DNA of 64,000 bases, taken from the NCBI RefSeq assembly GCF_041146345.1, contig NW_027191406.1, positions 1,116,001 through 1,180,000 of the forward strand, given 5' to 3'. The stretch comes from Neodothiora populina (Eukaryota). The translations under genes were made by a program, and so were the position numbers. Of the stretch, positions 52,162 through 62,600 are shown piece by piece. The notes beneath the pieces are model-generated. The model saw only the letters and a list, made by a program, of their open reading frames with translations, ran no database searches and was not told where the DNA came from. The first letter of the stretch is position 1, and the number at the start of each line of letters is the position of its first letter.

Positions 52162-52756
52162 ATTGGAGGCTTTTAGGGAGATGAGAGACACGATGTTTAC
52201 GACACGAAGTGGTAGGGAACAAGGATGTCCAGTGAAGACTGACGCGGACGGACTTTGGAAGGAGAGCTGAAGATGAAATATACTGAAGACAAAAACAACA
52301 AGATAGAAAAAACAGTATACCCCCCCGTTTTGTAACCCCCTCAAATATTTTTTGTATATAGACGAATGAAGGCATTTTTCTTGCTCTTTTTTTTGGTTTC
52401 TGTATGTCCTCACTGTTCTGCATGCTGTTCCGGGTGATTACGAAGAAAGCCAAGTCACGTCTCGCGAGTAAGGTGTTGTCCGAGGGAAGATCAGTCGGAG
52501 ATCAAGAAGGTAGGTTGTAAAGTAAAACAGAAAGTTTCATTATTGAATCGCTCGCTAATCATTATAGGTAGTCTTTCGACCTCAGAGCAGCAGGTGCAAA
52601 GGTAAAGCAAGCAAGGTAAGAAAAGCCATAGGTGCTATCCCCTCCTTTCATCTCCTTCCCCCCACTCCTAGCTCTCTCCCTCCCCCTCATATCCCATCCT
52701 TCCCTCTCCCCAGTCCCTCACTGTTCCTATCAAAGAAAAAGGAAATGAGGGTGATA

Positions 52757-52966
52757 TCACATGACAGAACAAGGAATACAGCACACCTCGCAATCACAGC
52801 CAGGACCACAGGGGATATCGATGCATGGTTTCGTGCCTGTTGAGAGCTTTACTGGTTTCGCGCCCAACACCAATGGCGCTGTTGCAGAGATCGAGGACGA
52901 CGACGAAGATGATGTGCGGGCTTCTGTGCGCGAAGCATAAGCGGATATGCGTCGGGAGGTGCACAT
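52757..52966 (-). CDS. Small Ser-rich peptide with Cys-rich tail and CaaX (CSVM), 69 aa; paralog A
   Basis: Ends ..KPCIDIPCGPGCDCEVCCIPCSVM*; paralog at 54890-55084; canonical 5'UTR intron 53036-53111 (GTAAGT..ACTAAC..CAG) and TATATAA at 53326-53332. Confidence 0.78.
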   Translation of the reverse strand: MCTSRRISAYASRTEARTSSSSSSSISATAPLVLGAKPVKLSTGTKPCIDIPCGPGCDCEVCCIPCSVM

Positions 52967-53325
52967 TTCCGTCAGGTGTGTTTATTGCCTTGATTGGTTG
53001 CTTGGGAGGTAGTGAGTTGATATGTGGACAACAAGCTGGTTGGGATGGGGTTAGTCGTTTGGATTCGATAGTCTCTTGTCCGATGATGCGTGCGTATCTT
53101 GCGCTACTTACGTTCAGCAGTCTGAGACTTGAATGCTTCTTACTGGCTGTTCGGATAAGGATGTTGAGAGTGGTCGGAGTTGATGGTATTAGGGCTTGGA
53201 CCCTTGTGTATCAAGTTTCGAGATTGCACAGTGAGTCGAGGTATAGGAGGTATGATAGATGTCTGGATGATATCGAGATGTTTACACTGACAAGGAAAAG
53301 GAAGGCACTCGAATTCGAATACCGC

Positions 53326-53332
53326 TTATATA
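53326..53332 (-). promoter_or_regulatory. Putative TATA box of CaaX peptide gene A
   Basis: TATATAA on the minus strand, followed by a pyrimidine-rich tract and then the 5'UTR intron. Confidence 0.5.
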
Positions 53333-54889
53333 TGTCACACACACACCTCCTCCTCCTGCGCATACATATACAAAGCATCCAATCGGGAGATCGTCTGTCA
53401 GTTCAATCTACAGTACTCGATTCGTCGCTTGTGCCACACGTAGACATCACACACAGCCATCCAGCCAATGATGACAGTGATGATGTGTACGTCTACCTGC
53501 ATCTCTGCGTGCACAGCCTGCGTGTCTGTCGTCCCCTTGCCTCGTGTGGATGTGAAACACGCCCCCGCGTGGATCATGTTGCAGTATCACCTTATGCACA
53601 GGGAAAGTGAGGCGGTGTTGAACATAAAACACCATGTAGAGCCTCCGACTTACGACAGATGTGTTTCTATCCAGGGTCTAGGGTATGCTGTACTCGGACG
53701 TAATTTGTGGCTGTGTTTTGTTTACTTCGAGTACCTGTACTGTACGCACAAGCAAAAGAAGCAGACTTAAGTACAAGTCTTTTGTTATCGGCGGTGGTTC
53801 AAGCTGTAGTCAGTACACGTAATTATTGTATCGTGGCTGAGTGCTGGCGAGCATAGTTAGGTGGTTTAACTACTACGTGTGATTTGTTGTTTAGAAACAG
53901 AACTGGAAGTGGATCTCACTTCGCTATAGGCTATAAGATGTGATGCATTACATAGTGCTTTTGGCAGAGTATATCGTGCTCTCTGGTTGATGTTCTACCA
54001 GGTTACAAGGACCATACTATGCTCCGCACCACTGTTCATCTGGCCCCATGGCCGTCCGTGGACAACCTTCTTGGAGACGGAGTCGTAATCCTGTGGCGGT
54101 GCACATACCCCGGTCTTAGGTACACAATAAAATGAGCAATGACGTACATACATGAAGGTGCTACAAGTATATGAAGCATCGAATGTCTGTGAGCTATTTC
54201 CTTCGCCAGTTCCATGGTCTATGCGTACACTGGAATCATTTTAGCCGCGGAGATCTTCTGGTTAAGATAATTAGGTCAAGGTAAAAGTAACAGATGAGAG
54301 TAAAGCGGGAGTAAAAGAAGTTTTTGGGTTCCGCGGATAGGGTATAGTAGATGACGCTGCTACGCGGAGTAAGGTAAGATGGTGATTCTTCTCGCCGTTG
54401 TAACTCACAATTGAGACTGTGCCTTGGACATGTAGCTTTTACCTTTGCTCGTAGCAGCTTTGGAGATGGCAAGAATCCATAGACAAAAGCGAGATAGTAT
54501 TGTACAGACAACATTGCATACAGTGTGTAGTCCCTCGACCCGAGTACTGAATGCCCTGGCCAAGGACCTCGATATAGCAAAACGGTGGCGCGCGCCTCTC
54601 CACGCACGCCGACGTCATCTCACTATATAGGTAAACACTGCACTTGTTGTTATTATAGTAACATAGCGGCTGTGATTCCATAACCAAGACTTTTCCAACC
54701 CTCTACCAAGCCACAACCGCAAGCCTGTTTTCTTTCCTTGTTGGCGTCCATCCTGACAAGCCTACCTTACCTCACGCGCATAAGATCTGGCCCGACTCCT
54801 CTTTGAAATCTTTCTCCTCTCTTTTTGTACCTCTGCCGCACCTACTGTACAGTACTGTCTACCACGAAATCCTAGTAACAACAACAAAA

Positions 54890-55084
54890 ATGCCAAACAC
54901 AATCTCTCTCTCCTCGGGCACAAGTGCCATCACCTCGTCGTCCTCGGCCTCGTCGTCTTCGTCGTCTGCGACGTCATCCGGATCGGTGGCAAAGGGCGTC
55001 AAGCGATCGGTGCCAGGCGTCAAGATGCCTTGTTGGTGCGGAGACGACTGCAGTTGCTGTATTATTCCTTGCTCGGTCATGTAG
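54890..55084 (+). CDS. Small Ser-rich peptide with Cys-rich tail and CaaX (CSVM), 64 aa; paralog B
   Basis: Strong start context caacaacaaaaATG; ends ..KMPCWCGDDCSCCIIPCSVM*; paralog at 52757-52966. Confidence 0.8.
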   Translation: MPNTISLSSGTSAITSSSSASSSSSSATSSGSVAKGVKRSVPGVKMPCWCGDDCSCCIIPCSVM

Positions 55085-55339
55085 AGTGCGATCCGCGACA
55101 AGGCGTTGTTTTGTTGCAGAGCTGCTGGAAGGAGCAGCAAAAAGAAGAGGAAAAGAAGAAGAAGCAGAGTAAATACTTTTGCTTCTGTGGTTGAGAGGAG
55201 GCGACGACGCATGCGACTCGCTGGCCAGCGACGACGATCGAGTGGTGGCGGGAACGCACATGTCAAGCTTTCGAAAGCTCAGAGTTCTTTTGGAACGACG
55301 GGAGCGGGAAAGACATTGGAAATCCCGCCATCGAATATC

Positions 55340-55849
55340 ATGAATCCTGCGACATCGACATCGACATCGACATCGACGACAACAACGACGACGACGACTG
55401 TATCAAACAAAGAGGGCAAATGCTCCGAACGCGACCAACGACCATATTCCACTCCCCGATTCCCATCATCTATATCATCACTATCACCTACTATTCAAGA
55501 CCCCCCAACAACCCTTTCCTCTCTGTTCCCCTCCACCATCTTTCAGATTAGAGATCCAACCACCACCATCACCGCCCTCAACCCCATTAATTCATCATCA
55601 CCCACTATCATCAGCGTCAGCACCAGCAACGAAACAAACGATACCCGCAACTCCCAGACCCAGACCAAGACACAGCGACAACAACAAGGAAAGGCTCAAG
55701 CGCGCACTAGGCAACTCATGGTTCGGGCGCCGCGAGAGCTGGGCCGGGACATTTTATCTGCATTAAAACGTGTGTTGATGGCAATGAGTGGGTATTATGC
55801 ACTTTTTTTGTTCCTTGCGATGATGGCGTTTGACGAGATGCGCGGATGA
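55340..55849 (+). CDS. Possible low-complexity Thr/Ser-rich protein with a C-terminal hydrophobic helix
   Basis: Open frame from the ATG at 55340; ends ..VLMAMSGYYALFLFLAMMAFDEMRG; no recognisable family. Confidence 0.35.
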   Translation: MNPATSTSTSTSTTTTTTTTVSNKEGKCSERDQRPYSTPRFPSSISSLSPTIQDPPTTLSSLFPSTIFQIRDPTTTITALNPINSSSPTIISVSTSNETNDTRNSQTQTKTQRQQQGKAQARTRQLMVRAPRELGRDILSALKRVLMAMSGYYALFLFLAMMAFDEMRG

Positions 55850-56640
55850 GTGAAATGTCGATATAGGTCGACATGCATGGGCGTGGATGATTATGCGTAT
55901 CTTTGATTGTCTCAGTCCGTCTGTCTTTACTTGAACCGCGGGCGTCGATCTGTGCTAGCAACCAGCCGGGCCGCCTACTACCAAGTCTCGATCTGTCTTG
56001 AGGACTAGCTAGACAGGCAATCGCACAAGCGAGTAAAGGCTGGGAACGAGCCAGCCAGCCAGTCCTTGTCCATCTTGGAGACTAAACCTGGTGCGCAAAC
56101 TAGACAAGACGAGATAGGGTAGATGATACAGGCAAAACAGGCACGCAGAAAAGGAAGCGGGAAAGTCACGATATCCCTACTCGCCGATAACTTTCTTTAT
56201 ATACCCATATGACTCCGATACGATACATGCTCAATATTCTCAATCTCCATGCCATCTAAGGTACCTATCCATATCTCTTCACTATCTTGATCGACCCTCT
56301 CCATCCGCCTGTACCTTTCTGTTCACAAGTCGATATGAGAAAAGGGAAACACAATGAGTAGTGAATTGCTTCTTTCGGTAGGTGGTATACAGGTCTGGGC
56401 TTATGTGTAAAAGTACAGTACGTATACAGAGAGATGAAAAGAAAAGAAAAGAAATAAGAAATAAGAAATAAAGAGAAGACGGGGGTATAGAGAAAATCAT
56501 CATCCAAACAGCAACCGCTCTCTTTCCCTCACTTTGCGTCTCTCAGCATGACGAAAGAGCAACGCAGGCAGGTCTTTTCTTCCTAAAGTACGAGATTCCG
56601 TGAGATCAGCCAGAATACTAAAAGAACAGAGACAAAGCGC

Positions 56641-59600
56641 TCAGCCCCGTATCTCCCCCTCCTCACTGCCATACTCAGACGGCTCATCTTCCGCGTCTTC
56701 TCGGCGCCCTCTCAACTCTGCTGGACTGTCATCTACGTCATTGCCAGGGGAAGAGGAGATGCCCTGCCACGCGCGCCGACTGGGCGTGTCGAACACCATG
56801 GGCGTGAATTGTTTCCTTATTGGCGAACTGATGTCATCGTTCTCCCTTCCTTTGTCTTCTTGTTGTCTGTTTGTCGTCGTCGGCGGTGCTTGAGGAGGAG
56901 AAAAAGCGGTGTCATCGCGAGTCGCCAAGGACGGACCGAAAAACAAACCCGCGTTCGACGCGCCGTGCGATTCATAGAACGGCGAAAGCGGCGTCCCAGA
57001 GTTGTGAGAGTACTCTTTGTCTCTCCTGTTGCTTGCTGCTGCGGCGTGGTAAGCTTTTGCGGCCGCTGTTGCCGCTGCTGATGCCGAAGAGGGCGAGAAC
57101 GGCAGAGAGGAAGACGATGAGGAGACGGGCCGGTAATAGGCTGTTTTGCGGGGACTGTTGGTCGCCGATGTCGACGATGCTGCGGCTGATACCCATCGCG
57201 AGGATTCGTGGAGGAATTCTTCGTTTAGGTCTTCGAGTTGTTTCGCTTGGATTCGGAGAGAGGCGAGCTGTGGTTGATTAGTGATGAGAAAGACGATAAT
57301 CATGAGAAAAAAACTTGCCGTTCCTTCCAGGGTCGTCTTTGGGGACTTGCGTTGCCTCTTCTTGCTAAGACTGCTGGTGCTGCTCTTGTTGCCGTTCTTG
57401 TTCATGACATTCGACGACGAAGAAGGCAAGATCGATGGAGCTGATGCCGAGACTCCTCTGATCTCTCCCTCTTCAGACCCTTCAGTCAAGGCATCATTGC
57501 TGTCTGCAGCCACGCTGACATCGACATCTTCTTCATACATATCGTCATCACTATCAGCGCCAGCATTCACGTTCAAGGAAAACGCCGCGAATGGGTCCAG
57601 AATCTCCAAGTCTCCATCTTCGTCACCGATCATCACTCCTGACCCTGCACCAGCACCAATCAGCTTTCTCCTCAGCGCACCAAGACTTTCCCTTTCGGTC
57701 TCCAATTCACGTCTTGCAACCTCGAGCGCAAGCTCAAGATCCGAAGACTTGGACTTCAGATCCTCCATTTCTCGGATGAACGTTTCGCGATCCGTGCGGT
57801 CTTCTTCCGAATGGTGGATCGCTTGTCGCGCTTCGTCCAATTGACATCGAAGATCAGACATTTCCGTCGTCAAGTTTGCGAGTCGTTCGTCTCGGTCGTG
57901 GGTGACTGGGGAGACATAAGAGTCAGTCGACACAGCTGCATTGTCGACCTGCGCTTGTAGTGCTGAAATCGTCTTTTCACGGTCTTGAAGTAGTTCAGAG
58001 TGTGCCCGCTGGACCTCACTGAGCTTTTCGTCGCGTTCGTGCAATGCAGACGAGAATCTGGTCTCTGACGCCTCGAGAGCATTGGCCAATTGATCTTGCA
58101 GAGACGAAACGGTCTGTTCTCTGTCTTGCAACAATTCGGAGTGGTCTTTTTCGGTGGCTGCAAGAGTCGCGTTGAACTCGTCACGCAGACGAGCGACACG
58201 ATCGTCAGCTTCTTCCGTTGACTCTACCTCTTTGTCAGTTGAAGAGTCAACATCAATGTCACGAGTCTCCACTGCTCGACTCGATGCAGCTGCAAGAGCC
58301 TTGTCGTGCTCCGCAGTCAATTCAGCAATAGCACGGTTATGCAAAGCCTGTAACTCTGCTGTCTTGAGTTGCGCAGCATCCAATTCCTCTTTCAGTGAAA
58401 ATAGCTTTGATTCATAGTCTGCGTGAAGGGCGTTGACCTCATCAACGTGGGCATCCTGGACCGAAGCAACATGTGCTTTGAGTGCTTTCAATTCTTTCTG
58501 CCAGTCGTCGGATTCATCGTCGCTGTTTCCTGACAAGGATGCCTCACGAGCTTTGGTCGCTTCAGCCGTCAGCTCATGCACCTTGGTCTGGAGTGTCTCG
58601 ACCTCTCTCTTGTGTGTGCCTTGTAGGTCGATCAACTCGCTCGAGCGACTTTCACCAGTCGACGCATTCGCAGTGGTCAACTCGTCCATCTTGGCCCTCA
58701 AGCCTTCCAGCTCTTTCTCGTGTGCGTCCTTCAACTCCATTACCTCGTCTGAAGGGCCATCGCGAGCCATGGCGATCTCGACTGTCATCTTGTTCACCTT
58801 GGCTTGCAACGCCTCGATCTCCTTTTCGTGCTCATCTTGCAGATCCAACAATTCATCCGCGTGCTTGTCCCGTATAGCAATGACACAATACTCTGCTTCG
58901 TCCTTTTGTCGTTCGAGCGTCGCGGTCTTCTCTTCTAAGTTCTGCAGAGGTGCAGAGTAGTTCTCCTTGAGCTCTTTCTTCTCCTTTGCGTGCGTCTCAA
59001 GCAGTGTGTCGTGGCGTTGGGTAAACTCTTTTTCGACATTCGCCAGGTGAGTCTTGAGTTTCCCAAATTCCTTATTCAAAGCATCATAGTCTGCTTGTAT
59101 GGAAGCAGAGGCATCAGAAGTAGCCTGCAACTCGGAGATTCTGCGTTCGAGTTCTTCGATAAGGTCGGCTTGCTCGGCTCTCTTGTGCGAAGTCTCGCCC
59201 AAGACATGCTCAAGATCATCCTTTGCGGTGACCAGGAAATCATGTTTCTCTTGCAAATCTCTCTTAGCTGTCTCCAGTGACGACAGACGTTGATTGAGTT
59301 CCTCAATTTGATCGGCTTGTCTTGCACCCTTCTCAGAGGCTTCTCCGAGGACATGCTCGAGATCTTCCTTTGCTTTGGCCAAGAATTCGTTCTTCTCTTG
59401 TATCTCCCTGGCAGATGCTTCGGACGAGGCTAGCTTGGTCGTGAGATCTTCGATCTGATCAGCTTGTTGCGCGCCTTTCTGCGATGCTTCCCCAAAGACA
59501 TTCTCGAGGTCGTCCTTGGCTTTGGCCAAGAAGTCGTGTTTCTCTTGTAAGTCGCGCGCCGACGCCTCGTATGCGGCCAGTTTACTGGTGAGCTCCTCGA

Positions 59601-62600
59601 TATCCTCTGCTTGCTTGGCCCCCTTCTCGTGGGCTTCCCCGATCGCACGTTCGAGGTCGTCCTTCGCTTTGAAAAGAAAATCGTGTCTTTCTTTCAGATC
59701 ACCCGCTGAAGCGCCATAGGTGGCAAGCTGGCTTGATAACTCGGCGATCAACCTGCCCTTCTCCGAAGCATCCTGAGAAGCCTCGTAGCCCTTTTCGGCA
59801 GCTTCCTTAAGTACATGCTCGAGGTCGGTCTTTGTGGCGACCAAGTCGTCGTACTTTTCGCGCAGGTCCTCGATCTGGCGCCCTTTTTCTTGTGCGACCT
59901 TTTCGGCAATCTCGCTCCTCTGCACCGCTTCGCGCAGTAGTTGCTCGAGATCACCCTTGGCTGAAGCAAGACTGTCGTGTCTTTCTTGCAGTTCTTTGAG
60001 CGGGGCAGAGCCATCTCCGTTATCGAATTTGGCTGCGAGTTCGCCGATCTCCTTCTCATGAGCTTCACGCAATATGCTGAGCTCACTGGCGTGGGCGTGA
60101 CGTGCTTCCGAAATTTGCATCTCGAGGTTCTGTTTTTCTGTTTCGAGGTCAGACACAGTCGCTTCATTGGCGACCTTCTGATCAGCAAGATCTTTCTGTA
60201 ACTTCTCAAATCTGACGCGCAATTCTTCTGCTGCAGTATGAGCAGCCTCGAGCTTCTTCTCGAGCTCGGCGTTGGACTCCTTCAACATCGCAATCTCGGC
60301 TTCTTTCACCGCCGAATATTTTGCCTGCTCAGCATGACCTCGTTCAAAGCTTGCAATAGCCTCCTGAAGTTCATCCATGCCAGCCAATGCGTCCCTTGCT
60401 TCAGTACTAGCACGATCAGCTCTAGTCCTAGCACTGTCCAGCTGCCCTTCTAATTCCGAAGTCATTTGTTGCAAGGCGACAATGTCAGCATCTCGCGTGG
60501 CGGTGTCCTGATCTTGACGCTCCCGATGTTCTTCGAGCACGGTCTGTAGATTCTGGATTTGGATCTGTGCTTCCTTTGCCTTTGTGTCGGCCTCGCTCTC
60601 GGCAGATCTTGCAGACTCCAGAATCTTCTCAAGTTCCACAACTTTGTCGTGGATTTCGGTCACCTCGAGATCCTTGGTCGACGACTCTTGAGAGTGGCCT
60701 TCCTTGATTGCCGCAATCTCTTCTTCCAATTCCTGTTTGAGCTTGGAAATCTTGGCCTGAGAGGCTTCTTCTGCTCTGAGAGTAGCATCGTCCGCAGCAG
60801 ACTTTGCGGCATTCAGTTCTCTTCCTACTTCGTCGATTGCCTGCTTCAGGCGAGCGACTTCTGCTTCAGCGCCTTCTCGCGCTTTTGTCTCGGCCTCATC
60901 AGCAACGGACTTGGCGACTTCGAGACTGCCGTTCAGTTCTTCAATCTGCCATTCCAGGTCTTTGATCTTAGCATCTTTCATTTCCGTTTCTGCGGCACGC
61001 GCGTCGTCAAGGCCTGCAGTAAGTTCCTCGACTTGAGCTTTCAGGCCGCCAATCTCGGCATCTTTTCCAGTCAAATTCTGAGATTTATCCTCAATCTCCT
61101 TGTTAAGCTGAGCCACCTTTTCTTCATGCAGAGTGTTCGTCTCGTCAAACTTCTGCTGTAGTGCATCAAGTTTTCCTTGTAGTTCATCGACAAGCTTCTG
61201 GACTTCTGCACTCTGGGAGGCTTTACCCTGCAGCTCCTCAATCTTGGTGCTGAGTTCCTTGGCTTCGTGGTCATGTTTCTGGGTCGCTTCTTTGGCTTCG
61301 TGCTTCAGCTTGCTGACTTCCTTCCTCAGAGTCTTGACAATTGACGTTGTGGTCGCCGCCTCTTCTTCGTTGGCTGCAGTGGCGTCGTCAAGTTCCTTAC
61401 GGAGAGTATCGACCACCGACTGTAGGCTTTTGACTTCATCTCCCTGGCGCTCCCTGACCTCACCGGATTCCTGCTGGAGTCGTTCGAGTTCCGATTGCAT
61501 CTTGACCAATGATTCTTGGGCACGAGCCAGCTCACCGTCTTTAGCTTTGCTAGCTTCGGTCTCATGATCCTGTATGGATGCAGACTCCTTCTTCATTGCT
61601 TCGATAGTCGAGGTGAGCTCCTCAATCTTGGCTTTTGTCGCGGACTGAGATTCGTTGAGGCGCTCTTGGAGTTCACGTGATTTCTCCTCTAATTCCTCCA
61701 TGGACACCATTGCTTGTCGAGTCTCCTCTTCCTTTTCTTGCTTCAGCTGCGCATTGAGAGTTTCGAATTCCTTGGCGTCTTTCTGCAGCTTCTCCATGGC
61801 TGCATTGAGTTCCTTGACCTTGCTGGCATGTTCTGATTCGGTGTCGGTCCGGGCTTGCTGTAGCTTATGCATCTCGCCCTGTAGACTTTCAACTACCTGA
61901 CTTCCATCGGTGCCTTCGCGCTGAAGAGCTTCCAGCTGAGTTTGCAGGTCCGCAATGACTGAATCATGAGTTTTCTTTTCGTCGTCCCGCTCCGATGCAC
62001 TCTTCTCGCTGAGATTCTTCAAGGTTTCCAACTCTGCTTGCAGAGAACCCACGAGTCGCTCGGCTGTCTTTGCCTTTTCCGCCGCACGAGTAACTTCTTC
62101 GTTTTGTTCTCTCTGTGCTTTGTCCGCCTCCTCACGCATGCCCTGTAAGATGTCCTCGGAAGCCTTGAGAGCGGCATTCCTCTCGGCCATTTGAGCTTTC
62201 AGTTGTTCCTGGAGGGTGGCGAGTTCTTGCTGTAGTGTTTCTGCCGTCCCTTGAGCTTCAGAGGCGGCGTGCTTCAATGCCTCACTCTCTTTCTCATTAC
62301 TGTTTCTCAGCTCAGCCAATTCGTCCTCGAGTTTCTTTCTCAAACCTTTGCCCTCCGTGACGTCTGTAGCATGCTGCTTGCGCAAAGCATCCATCTCCTT
62401 CTGCATCCGTTTAGTGGCAGCTTCGGCGTCAGCGGCTGCCTTCCTGAGAGTGTTGCTCTCTCCTCGGATTTTGGCATTGTCGGCATCAAGTTGTTTCTGA
62501 CACCTGTCAATCTCAATCTCGAGATCCCTGATGATTTGAGCAAGCTGTTCGCGATCCTGCTCCTTCATCTCGATTTGCCGCTGGAGGTCTTTCTCATTGT

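Noticed and set aside
52825..53610. 261-aa plus-strand ORF overlapping CaaX gene A
   Set aside because: No recognisable domain; splice and TATA signals in this stretch are on the minus strand.
52757..55084. The CaaX gene pair as terminal inverted repeats of a transposon
   Set aside because: Similarity is at protein level with synonymous differences and indels; there is no extended DNA identity, target-site duplication or transposase between them.
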